Positions 25,281 to 36,891 of a stretch of DNA of 64,000 nucleotides are shown here, in pieces (the first letter of the stretch is position 1; each line of letters begins with the position of its first letter). The notes under the pieces are model-generated. The model saw nothing but the letters and a program-made list of their open reading frames with translations. It had not been told where the DNA came from and did no database searches. Both the position numbers and the translations under genes were made by a program. Origin of the DNA: Ostrea edulis (taxonomy: Eukaryota); assembly GCF_947568905.1 (NCBI RefSeq), contig NC_079169.1:11098001-11162000 (forward strand), in the 5' to 3' direction.

Positions 25281-25621
25281 ATATCATTAATTCATTTGAA
25301 GAAATCATTAAGTCAATTAAAGCGCGCATCAATTCAGCTGAAGAATTAATGATATCATCAATTCAATTAATGCGAGCAATAATTCAGAATTGAAGATATC
25401 ATTAATTATTTGAAGAGATCTTTAATTAAATTGTCGCGCGCATCAAATGAATTGATGATATCTTGAAATAATTTAAGACATCTTCAATTATTTGAGTTTA
25501 TGTTAATTTGGCGCTCCATAATAATTAACTTTAAAATCGCTTTAAACGAAACTACAAGCCTTGTTTATATAACAAAGATTTTTTTAACAATGACTCTGGT
25601 ATTTGTTATTTTATACTTTAA

Positions 25622-26220
25622 AGCTGTATGGTCCGAATTACAATATTTTTTTCCATCTCGTAAAAACGCTATTAAATCATCGCACGTATGTAGTTATGAG
25701 ACTGTACGACCTATCATAAATTATTTCACCTGTTTTAACCCAAATAATTTGATTTTAAATCGATGTTTACAAATAACCGCGTCACTCTGCCATTTCAAGT
25801 GACAGTCACGTGACCAGTTCAAACTTTCAGATCATCGGTGGTCTTTTCTGTGTAAAGCTGTGTATTTTGTTATAACAGTACCGTACCATAAGTTTAATAG
25901 AAATAAAAATATCAAATACCTCTTAGTAATTCGTTGTTTTAAGCTCTTTCAGCCTTTAAACTAGACAGTTGCGTATGAGTTAATACATCATGTTGGGATT
26001 CCCCTGACGCGCGTGGGTCTATTTATAGACGTCTATTCTGGGATGTTTTATATATGTAGCCACCATATTTACTTTCTAAATAATATTCGCACTGTTTTCT
26101 TTTACATGCAGATGTTTTCAAGCATGTAATTAAGGGAAAGTTAATAACTTTATAAAGTAATGAATCTGCTTTAAAGTAATTATGTACAAAAATAATACAT
26201 GAACATCGGGTCATACAGCT
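25622..26220. mobile_element. Kolobok-type MITE
   Basis: TIR agctgtatggtccga / tcgggtcatacagct with a TTAA duplication on both sides. Confidence 0.75.
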
Positions 26221-26689
26221 TTAAATAAAAAGATATTCGGTGACACTGCCCCTTCCCACTACAGTGGCGGATCTAGATCTTACTGCGGGGGGGGGGGGGG
26301 GGGTCCGAAGGGGGGGAGCATGGGAGGGGGTGTTCCGGGTGTCCTCCCCCGGGAAAATTTCAAAAAGATTGATTCAGAATGGTGCATATTAATGCATTTT
26401 CGACTGAAATTCTTGTTCCTTCTTCCTTTCATTTACAGTCACCACATCCTTTGTAGAATTTAAACAAAAAGAATAAACTTGATTTATTGATTCAAAATAA
26501 TTCATTTTGATGCATTTCAGACTGAAATTCTGGTTCCTTCCTGCTTTGATGCATAGTTATCACTAAAAAAAAAAAAGCCGGGGCGGGGGTGGGGGTCCTA
26601 CCCCCTAAACCATCTAAAGTAACATTCGTTGTGAATGAGAAGAATGCGAATTTGAAACTCGTAAATAGAAACTACATGTATTTAGCAAA

Positions 26690-29650
26690 CTTACTTACTT
26701 AGTCCTCTTCGTGCTGGTCAGCACATAAGGCCGTCACCAGAGACTTCCATGTTGGTCTGTCTTTTGCCCATTTCTGGACCTGTCCCCAACTCCAGTTGTT
26801 ATCTTTCATTTCTTTCCCCACCGATCTTCTCCAGGTCTCTCTTGGTCTTCCCAGTTGGTGACCATTTCAAAGCAACCCTTGGGATGGAATTTGGGTACAT
26901 TCTGCATACATGTCCTATCCACAGCCATTTTCTCTTTCTGATCGTCTGGGATAGAGGAGTGGTGTTTGTCCTTTTGTACAGTTCGTCATTTGAGATGGTG
27001 TTAGGCCAGAAGATGCGCAATATTCTGCGGAGACATCGGGTCTGAAATACATCCAGTTTGTTGGAAATAGACTTGGTTACTTTCCAAGATTCAGCACCAT
27101 ATAGTAGGACCCCAAGCACGTTGCTCTTGAAGATCTTAATTTTGGTGTTGGTTCTAAACTTTGTTGACCTCCAAATGTTCCGCAGAGCAGCACACACTCC
27201 TGTGGCTTTAGAAATGCGAGCTTGTACATCTGCCTCTGAATCCCCATCAGTGGTGATCTTACTTCCTAGGTATGGGAAGTTGGTGACATCTTCTATGTTT
27301 GTGCCATTTAAGGAGATAGGTTCCTCTGATATGGTATTGACCTTCATGATCTTAGTTTTGGAGGTGTTTATATGAAGGCCAATTGTTTCAGCTGTTTTTG
27401 CGAGCTGGGTGGTTTTTTTCTTGCATGTCTCGATGAACGGTGAGATAACAGTGCAATATCGTCCGCAAAATCAAGTCTTCAAGTATTTCTGTCATACCCC
27501 AAGTAATTCCTGTTCGTTTGCTTCAAGTTGTTTTTCGCATAATCCAGTCGATGCAGAAGGTAAAGAGTAAGAGAGAGCAGACATCCCTGTTTCACTCCTG
27601 TCGTCAATTTAAACTCCTCTGATAGGGTAGATTCACAGATAACTCTGGCATTAAGTTCAGTGTATTGCATCTTGATGATGGAGATGATTTTATCTGGGAT
27701 TCCATAATGACGAAGGATTCTTTCTAGGGCTAGGCGATTAACACTATCAAAAGCTTTGGTGAAGTCGATGAAATTGATATATAATGGGGAGTTCCATTCA
27801 TTGCTTTGTTCTAGAATTTGTCTGAGAGCGAATATCTGATCAGCGCACGACTTCCCTTTCCTAAAGCCTGTTTGCTCTTGACGCAGTAAGGGATCTGTTA
27901 CTTCTGCAATTCTGTCCAGCATCACTCTGCTTAGAACCTTCATGGTAACGGAAAGCAACATTATTCGTCTATAGTTGTTACAGTTTGAGAGGTCTCCTTT
28001 CTTTGGTAATTTAACTATAAGGCCGGTTTTCCAGAAGAATGGTGTTTCTTCTGATTCCCAGATCTTCTGTAAAATATTTGTCAAAATTGTAGGTGTCCAG
28101 AATTCTTCGGCCTTGAGAAGCTCTGCATGTATCTGATCAATGCCTGCAGCTTTTCCATTTTTAAGTTCAGCGATTGCCTTTTTTACCTCTTCTATACTTG
28201 GTGGATCAGTACCAATATCTAATGGTATTATTATTGCCTCGTTCTCTGGGTCTTTCATATTAAACACTTCTTCAAAATGTTCCTACCAGCGTTTCAGTAT
28301 GTCTTCTTCTTTTGATAGTACATTTCCCTGTTTGTCTTTAATTGGTAGCTCTGATGACTGAAATTTGCCTGCTAATGTTTTTGTAATTCGATAGAGGGTC
28401 TGCATGTCTTGTTTAGAAGCTGCTTGTTCTGCCTCATAAGCTAGCTTTTCAGTGTATGCCTTTCTGTCAGCTCTTGCATTCCTCTTTACTTCCCTGTCAA
28501 TAGCCCGATAGTCTGCCTGGAGTTGGTCCTTTTGCCTCTTGGATTTTGTGGACAAGATTTTACTTTTCTTCTCTTTTCGTTCTTCTACTAGTTTCCATGT
28601 TTTATCTGAAATCCATTCTTCTTTTTTCTTTCTCTTTGGTATTTATTGACTATTTTCTATTAATAGAGGGCGAAGCCCTCTCACGGCCCGAAGGGCCGTG
28701 AGAGCGGAGCTCTCCCTATAGGTAACACGTATATACATGTAGATGTTTAAAAGGAAAATATAGGAAAACAATGAAAAATTAAACCATACCTATGGAACTT
28801 GAAAATTTTGGTACTAATGGCGTCGATTCGAATACTATCGCGTGGACATGTATTTCTCCATTTTGAATCTCGTCTACCCTAGTTCACGTCGTTCTGAGAT
28901 GTTACAAAAATTCCTAAAAGCATGTAAATCTTATTTTCTTTATCATATATAATCACTCCACCATTAACGCCATGTTTGTTGTGGTTCAGACGCTAAGTTT
29001 GTAAATTTGCTAAAATACGATGCTGAATATGACGTCACAATGTACTGTTTAAATCAGTTGCGTTATATTTCCCGCGTTCAATATATAGGCGGATCAAATC
29101 CTGCTAACTTCGGGTTGTTTTTGGTCTGTTTTGGATATAGATACTAATACCAAAACTTGTTTGTTTCGCCCTCAAACACGGTCACGCCGTAAAACATATT
29201 ACTTTATTAAAAGTTTCCATATCGATTTCATCAGGATGTTCCATAAGTGTTGAAAACTTGTTCTGGATTTTTAATTGAAAAGATCTCAGGGTTTTTGTAT
29301 CTTTGAGTTTTTGGATGTTGATTGGAGGTGGTCTTTGATATTTTTTCTTTGATTTCCTCAGTTTTAACTTGATTTTTGCCAGTACTGAAGAGTGGTCACT
29401 TCCCACATCAGCCCCTTGTTTTGCAACCACATCGAGAAGACTACTTCTCCATATCTTGTTGATGATGATATGGTCAATTTGGTTCTTTGTATGACCATCT
29501 GGTGAGTTCCATGTTGTCTTATGGATGTCTTTGTGCATGAATATAGTTCCACCAATTACTAGGTCGTTTTCTTGGCAGAAAGTGCATAGTCTCTCTCCGT
29601 TGTTGTTACATTCTCCTATTCCTTGCTGGACCATGATGGTTTCTTTACCT
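26690..29650 (-). mobile_element. Decayed, 5'-truncated RTE-clade LINE
   Basis: Endonuclease piece (NNNGERL..FC..N.L.IGGT.F.HK..HK.TW.SPDG...NQIDHI), RT pieces (KAAGIDQI.AELLK, LPKKGDLSNCNNYR.I.LLS, DFTKAFDSV, GVKQGCLLS), C-terminal YLGS...IFKSNVLGVLLYGAESW, and a (TAAG)n tail at 26690. Multiple frameshifts. Confidence 0.92.
28641..29200 (+). mobile_element. Helentron-type non-autonomous element inserted in the RTE
   Basis: Interrupts the RTE ORF. Subterminal inverted repeat gagggcgaa / ttcgccctc, 5' hairpin ctctcacggccc-gaa-gggccgtgagag, 3' hairpin acgg-tcacg-ccgt. Confidence 0.7.
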
Positions 29651-31033
29651 TGGTATTTAGCAAAGTATGAGCATTGAAGACTTTACCATCCTAACCCACC
29701 CAACCCCACAATGTTTGGTAGGAAAAAAGATCTTGTCCAGATTTTTTTGAGAATTCAACTTCCAAATTTTTCTTCTGCTTTCTGCTGCCCCCCCCCCCCC
29801 CCCCCCCCGGCCGAAAAACAAAGATATATGCCTGGGTTTACTTCATATCTCTGTAACAGGTGCGCAGAATAATCCGGAACTCCGGATCGAAATATTTTAA
29901 TTTTAGTCTTCAACGACCATTTCTAGTTTTGAGTTGGGCCATTTGTGCCATAAATTTTAGACCAAGGAAGCATCTAGCAGTTATACGTTACTGATTAGAT
30001 TCCAGTTTTTAATTCAGATGAAGATTGATTGAACTCCAGGTATTTGATATTTTATTTAAACCACACCATATGCTTGTATATCATGCATTATAACACTGCT
30101 CAGCGGTTAAAAGTATCTTCTTCCAGTTTAGACTTTAGTGCGAACCATTTTAAATATTTTCGCTCTCGGTCGGGCGTCCAGCGATCGGAAAGTGTTTGGC
30201 CTGCTCCGAAGGGAAGGGGGATACACCGGTTCACAGATGTACGTCATTTCATCATTTTGTCCATCACGTTTCTCGGATTTGCAAATTTATCTGCAAGCCT
30301 ATTATTTATTAAGCCTCCAAAGAACCAGTAGTCACTTTCGCTGACATAGTGAAGAGTGGCTCCATGTAAATTCTTTTTTTTTTTTTTCTTTTTTTTTTTT
30401 TGGCTACTTGACGCTCGCGCGGTGTAACAACGTCGAGAGAGATATCACCGTAACCTATCAAGATCAAGATCTGCAAGCTCAATTCAATGTTGCTCTCAAC
30501 TTATTCTCTTTAGTTTAGAGAAGTCGAGAGGCGTAGCGCCTTCATCGACTTCTCTTTGCAGGGATCAAAATTAACTTTTTTCACTACTAGCAAATTTTAG
30601 CTAGTGGACTATTTTCCAACTAGCAAAATTGAGCTTTTAGTAGCATTTTTCAATCGATTGCTGTTTTACTTGAATTTAAGAAAACAAGCATGTCTCTTTA
30701 TCAAAATAGAGGGAAAATCTTTTAAAATCTCCTTTAAAATGTAATAATAAAAATAAGATTGCGAATTCTTTCATTTAAAATTTAAAGGGAACGTATGGTA
30801 TAAAAAAAAAATTTTACATCTTAAATACTTTATAGTTGGTAATTAATCCCACTGGTTATTTTTATCTGATTGTAATCAGTTGTGTAGAAATCAGCTCATA
30901 AATAGAGCTAAACATCAGCTGCTGGAGGCTGCCATTTTGCAAGATAAAGTTATCGCTCTTTAAGATATTTCCCACAATCCCATCTGCTTATGACGTATAC
31001 CGGGCAATTGCCTCCGAGTGAAAGCAGCTGGTC

Positions 31034-31220
31034 ATGTCTGACTGCAAAGGATATCAATATGAGCCCGAGTTTAATGAAGAGGAATTATTGGCAGCTTCAA
31101 ATGAAAACACTAGTGATTTGGAATGGATTGATGAAAATGACAGAAGAAATGATAAAAATTGGTGCTCTTGTGGACATTGTGACATTCTTTCAAGTCGCAG
31201 AGAATGTACATGTTGTAAGG
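31034..31220 (+). pseudogene. Truncated KolX-like accessory gene (P2X7 C-terminal-like Cys cluster)
   Basis: GYQYEPE...NWCSCGHC.....RECTCCKE. The YQFEP-like start and WC.C..C...E..CC.E motif are typical of this family. The frame runs into the opposite-strand gene at the deletion junction. Confidence 0.7.
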
Positions 31221-31511
31221 AATCTGTGACAGGCTTTTTCATAGGTGTAGATGTGAGAGTTGGAGTTTTGAAATAAGCATGATCTGACATGAGATCGTTG
31301 GATCAATCCTTAGCACACATGCTGAACAATGATTGGGCAATTCGATCTCTATGTTGCAGGAAGTTGATTTATCTTCAGTATGGATAAAAACTGGGATATC
31401 CATGTCTTCATTGAGCTGAAAATATATATGATAACATCAAAATTACTTCATAAATTAAAGAAATGAATTTTCATTATTAAAGGTACATGTATTTCACACA
31501 ACAATTTTTAC

Positions 31512-32558
31512 CTTTATTTTTTTGGAGGATTTTATTTTTCCTGGTAGTTTTCTCTTTCTTTGATTTATTGGTACATCTGTTTACAAAAGAAGGATTGTAT
31601 ACAGAACAAATCAGTTGATTATCACTACCCCTCTGCATTAATTGCCGCGTAAATGTCAAGACTTGAAAGATTAACGGCACAAGGGGAATTGAAATGACCC
31701 TGGTTGTAAAACTCTGTTAATCAGTTAATAGAGCAATGCATCAAATTACCCGTTTCCTTAGATGTTGATGGTCCAGGTTGGTCACAAGGTTCTGTACATG
31801 TGTTTTCCAGAAGACGATTGATTAGCTTAAAAAAATGAAAAATACTTTAAATGACCTTTAATTATATATACATGTATTGTACTTCATATCTTTACTTGTA
31901 CATTGCCATTAAAGAAATGGTTTAATACAAATTGTGAAAGTGAAGTGCTGTAAATGATTTATGAAAGTATTACCTCCTGCTTTTCCTTTTTCTCATATCT
32001 TTTTGAACTACTTTCCCTTATTTTCTTGGGCTTGCTGTCATCAAATATTGTAGGCAGTGCATCTTCTTTTAATAGTTTTCTCTTTGGTGTGTATCCCATT
32101 ATTTTAGCCTAAATAAAAATCAATTTAACTTAAAGAATAAGTAGAATACAGTGTTTATCCTTCATCTCTAGCCAGTACAAAAATGTTCACTGGATAAGGA
32201 TATCAAAATGAATTGAATTAAATCAAATTAGAAAATGATCATAAGTTAAAGTTTTTAAGGTTGTAAATAAACACTGATTATTTATACATTTAGAATCATT
32301 AATATTTACTGAGAAAAAAAGCAAAATATATTTGGTACTTACCCTTATATCCTCTTTAAAACAATCTTTCTCAAAATGCCGTTCACATACAATTTTATCT
32401 CTTGAAAAAACAAATGTTTTTGGATTTAATTTTGCATTTCCTAGGTTATGGATCCATCTTGCACAAAGTTCATAATTTTTTGGGGGATTGGGGATGCTAA
32501 AGGTAGATATTCCTTTTCCTCTAACCACAGTGCAAAATTTCGCTTGACACTCAGGCAT
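31512..32558 (-). pseudogene. THAP-domain N-terminus of the Kolobok transposase (spliced, DDE region deleted)
   Basis: Exons 32558-32343, 32108-31974, 31825-31750 and 31576-31512 with GT-AG ends and compatible phases. THAP signature C..KFC...F..P...W...VCERHF....F...LLKEDALPTIF. Confidence 0.8.
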
Positions 32559-33001
32559 TATTATAGATATTGGAAAGTGTGTTACTCTGCAACCATTAAT
32601 GCTATCCCTATAGGCACAGCAACGGTAATGAATTGCCGCATGTACGTCATCAGCCGCCATGATAAGAGATTCTCCCATACAGCTGAATTTTCAGTGTAAA
32701 TGACAGATTATATCTTGTTATCAGCAGCAATTATTTTTTCTATGCTAGGTTTTGTTGTCTAAAAGGTACCAGTTTTCACATATCAAAATTAAATTTTTGA
32801 CCATACGTTCCCTTTAATGAATTATCAGACAACATACATGGTGCATGGTGAGGGTACACTTGTGTGGCGTACTCGCTGTACAGAGATCTACCACCAATTT
32901 ACAACATCATGTAGATTGAAATCTTGAAGACCGTTTGCGCCAATTCAAACTGTATTTTCTAAACTTTTGGAAATTTCATCTAAAAAATTCTAGTTGAAAA
33001 G

Positions 33002-33080
33002 CATCTTCGCTAGCCAAGGGTTTTCGGTCCACTCCGCTCTGGGAGCGGAGTGGACCAAAAACCCTTGGCTAGCGAAGATG
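33002..33080. mobile_element. 79-bp hairpin mini-MITE with 9-bp TSD
   Basis: 38-bp arms with one mismatch around a 3-nt loop. TSD gttgaaaag at 32993-33001 and 33081-33089. Confidence 0.85.
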
Positions 33081-34813
33081 GTTGAAAAGAAAACCCCGCG
33101 AACTCGAAGTATTTGACTATAGAGTACAGAAGGACACCGCGTGAAACGGTGACACTAACACTGTCATTTGTTGTTTCATGTAGACACGGACGAAATCAAC
33201 ATGCTTGCTATCTAAATCAGATGTCACTGAGATGCCCGAAGTGTGCTTGAAGTAAGCCATCTTCAACATCACTGACTGAGATGACCTTGGTCTTAGTTAT
33301 TTATTCGATCCAAGTTTACTTTTTCAATACTTGAAAATTCATTCTGTAAAGTGTTTCTCGGCACAAGACAAAATTATAGTAAACTTCTAAGTACAGCCAA
33401 TAAACCAAGGAAATCTGGGGAAAAGATCGGGTTTTTCTCACTCACAAAAAGTTGCGATCACTTGTGATTTTTTACTCGCAATTTCAATTTTTAACTCGCA
33501 TTTAGCGAGTATTTCCCCTTAATTTCATTGCCTGCTTTGCAAGCATTCCTGTTTTGATTCTGGAAAATGTGTAAATGCCAGAGTCCATGATGGTTTATGC
33601 TTTGACCGACCTTTCGACTCAGATGTGCCTGGATTTACACAATAGACAAGTTGTTTTTAAACATTTAACAGTAATGCACAAGACTTTCAAACATTTAACA
33701 GTAATGCACAAAACTGTCACAAGGAAATCAATGTTTACTTGCTTTTAATCAATTTTCAACATGTCCCCTTTCCCAGGTATACGTTAACTGGTCTTGCGAG
33801 AAGCGATGTCACAATAGGGGACCAGTTAATTGGCTGATGTAATCGGAGTTGTGATTTAAACCAGGGACAGGTTGTGTTGGTTGTTTTTTTTTAACTGTGT
33901 TATGTACTGTTCCACACACATTGGTACCGTGTTGGGCAAAAATTTTACTGTGTCACACAGTAAAAACGCTTATGAAGAACCCTGCCACATTGTATAGAAC
34001 AATACAATAATTACAGATGTTTTCATCTCATCTTTATTTCAACCAATGCATTAGTTGTCACAATATAAGTGTCACAAAAGTAATGTTGAGTCATTTCAAT
34101 CAATGTATTTAGCATTTCTTGTTGATATCACCTGTTGCCGCCATAACAGCCTGTCAGGGTTTTTTTTTTTTTTCAAAACTCAACGCACCCCATTTTATGT
34201 AAGTTATTTGCACAGATTTGTTTATTCCGGTTTGTTGGCAACACATATGCCCTGTACCGATGTATTTGAGGATTTTTTCTGTGAAATACGAGAATTGTTC
34301 ACAATTATATAGGACATTACCAGCCGTAGACAAAAAGATGTCATTTAGCATTGAATGACAATGATGGCTCGCGTTCTTCTTAAACAAAACATCTTTGTGA
34401 CCTATAGATTTCTGACCAGTGCAACTGTTTTGTCTGAGATCCATCGAACATGTTCTAAAATCATAGCACACATTGCTTTTGATAACCCAGTTTCTGATTA
34501 GCCAATGGAATTGAAAATTGCCCAATCAACATATGAGTAAACTTTGCTGTATCAAAATGGAAGCAGTCGAGTTGAAAGATGCACCCCAATGTATAAATCC
34601 TGGGTATGGCAACATTTTGGCTTTAGGACAAGTGATAAGAGTGTTGCTTTATGTTAAACGTTTTTACATTATGTAGAATTTATTTGCAGAGAGCAATAAA
34701 TACAATGAAACATAAAAAATCTTAGCATTATGAAGAATTTGGTACATGCTATTGTATCGAATGGAAAATCATCGAATCGAGATTAAAGTATCGAAAATCC
34801 AATCAAATTGAGA

Positions 34814-35594
34814 CAGGGTTGGGCGGTTAAATACTCCCCAAGTGGTCAATACTGGTCAGTTGTTATTTAAATTGTCCATTTTCCTACTTTTGTACATTTC
34901 TTGCAAAGATAAATTAGGTCTTTTCATTATAGGGATCAATTGTTGATTAATATTTTTCATTAGATAATCAAATGTAATTTCATAAGTTTAATATATTTGG
35001 TTTGCTGAAACTGACCGAAGTATCTTCGGTACCTACCAGAGGGTCACAGTTCTATAGCATAGCTTGAGGATTAGAGACATACCTCTTAATACATGTACCT
35101 GGACAGATTAAGAATAAAAGGTAGCTGGACATTACCTGAGCACAGGAAGCAGAGTTGACAGGTGTTAAGAAGCATAGGCTGGGACCAGAGATGACCAATG
35201 TGCCTGTTATTGTTATGAAAACATCACCAACCCACCCTCTCAAATGTTTATTCAACAGTTAAAATGAAGATTGATGAAACAATACTTATAGGTAGTTCTT
35301 GTTAAACTAAGGAATTTGAACAGAAACTTTTACATCTTCCCCAATTCAACAGTCATTTGCACATTATTTATTTAATATTATGACTTATAAGTATATTATA
35401 AACTGATAGACGTGCAATGTTATGAATTACAGTATTTACCAAAGTGGTCACTTAAACATTTAAAATAAATAACACAGACTATATTGACCAAATAATTTTC
35501 AATTGACCAGTATTAACCAGTATTGACCGGTTTTAACCAGTATTGACCACCAGCCTGGTCAATACTCATATTGACCACTTTTTTGCCAACCCTG
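34814..35594. mobile_element. hAT-type MITE
   Basis: Ends cagggttgg / ccaaccctg with perfect 8-bp TSD aattgaga (34806-34813 / 35595-35602) and subterminal gtcaatact/tattgacc repeats. Confidence 0.85.
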
Positions 35595-35796
35595 AATTGA
35601 GAAGGTACTGAATCGTTTCTAATTATTACATCAGAAATAGGACATTTTACCACCATTATAAATTGGTATTTTGACATAAAATGGCCATTTTTCAGATTTT
35701 ACAAGTTTTTTCTTGGAAACATAAGTACATATATGTACAAGTTCGAGATAACAGGGTTTCACTTTTGACAGTTGAGGTCCAATCAAGAAATGCTGG

Positions 35797-35996
35797 ATGA
35801 GGTGGAGTATGATCTTTAAGTTTGGCTTGACAGTCATTGTCCTGGTCTCTGTGTGCATGTTCTACCTGATCCACCACCAGTCTGATGATTCAGTACACGA
35901 GCCGCCCTCAGAAGATGACACAAGTGTCGGAAACCAGTCAGAAGAAATCCAAGAGATTAGTGCAGAGGAAAAGCTGCGTCGCGCTGAACTAGAAAA
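35797..35996 (+). CDS. GXYLT1: GXYLT coding exon 1 (type II signal anchor plus stem)
   Basis: MRWSMIFKFGLTVIVLVSVCMFYLI hydrophobic anchor. AA|gtacct phase-2 donor joins exon 36659 in frame. Confidence 0.8.
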
Positions 35997-36334
35997 GTAC
36001 CTTATTATTTCAAAAATGTCTATATTGTGATGGAATGTCAATCTTTTTAAAAAAAAATTTGTCAACTTTTCTTTTTTCAAAAATTCAGTTGCAGAGAAAG
36101 AAACAGTAATGTAAAACAAAAATATTTAGTATATATTTGTTTGCCAGTTTGAAAACAATGCACATATTATTAATCTCTATTACATATACATGTTTTTACA
36201 GTATCTTCAGGTTGTATTGCTTAAAAGAAACACCTCTCTCACTGAAATGTATGATCTTTTCAGTCTATACAGTTCAAAATTCAGAAGCACAGTATCTTCA
36301 AAAAAAGATTGAATAACTGTTCACTTTACTTGTT

Positions 36335-36650
36335 CATGATGTTCACGTGAGATGATAGTGAAGCTAAATGTATAAATGTTCACACTACTTTATGATGTTC
36401 ACGTGAGATGATAGTGAAGCTAAATGTATAAATGTTCACACTACTTTATGATGTTCACGTGAGATGATAGTGAAGCTAAATGTATAAATGTTCACACTAC
36501 TTTATGATGTTCACGTGAGATGATAGTGAAGCTAAATGTATAAATGTTCACACTACTTTATGATGTTCTCGTGAGATGATAGTGAAGCTAAATGTATAAA
36601 TGTTCACACTACTTTATGGTGTTCACGTGAGATAACAGTGAAGCTAACTT
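36335..36650. repeat. 56-bp tandem repeat (~5.5 copies) abutting the GXYLT exon-2 acceptor
   Basis: aagctaaatg recurs at 36361, 36417, 36473, 36529 and 36585. Confidence 0.93.
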
Positions 36651-36658
36651 TATTGAAG

Positions 36659-36824
36659 GAAAGAGAGAAGATGGAGAGAGAGTATCCATCTTGCTGTTGT
36701 TGTATGTGGTGACCGTGGCAACGAGTCCATCATCCTTATCAAGTCTGCCATCCTCTTCACCAAATCTTTCATCATCATCCACATCTTTTCTGAGCAGGAG
36801 TTGCATTCCTCGCTTCAACAACAG
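36659..36824 (+). CDS. GXYLT1: GXYLT coding exon 2
   Basis: KKERRWRESIHLAVVVCGDRGNESIILIKSAILF..IHIFSEQELH matches the GXYLT HLAVVACG..R..E...KSA..F..FHIF block. Donor CAG|gtgatg. Confidence 0.88.
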
Positions 36825-36891
36825 GTGATGGTTTTTAAATTAGTTACTCAAATTACATAAAATTAGAAAATGGGACCTATTAAACTATGTA

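Larger units (their letters stand above)
19270..25518. mobile_element. Foldback/TIR element (TA flanks) enclosing a MITE, a Ngaro retrotransposon and a retroposon tail
   Basis: Perfect ~40-bp inverted ends tggagcgccaaattaacataaactcaaataattgaagat / atcttcaattatttgagtttatgttaatttggcgctcca, TA on both sides, and internal degenerate ~21-bp aattcaattattgctctc repeats on both arms. Confidence 0.8.
30786..32813. mobile_element. Internally deleted Kolobok DNA transposon
   Basis: TIR agggaacgtatggt / accatacgttccct, TTAA duplication (30782-30785 / 32814-32817), and convergent THAP and KolX-like gene remnants. Confidence 0.85.

Noticed and set aside
30085-30370. Minus-strand frame with a single in-frame TGA (possible selenocysteine)
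   Set aside because: No start codon or acceptor, no redox motif around the TGA, and no SECIS-like element recognised.
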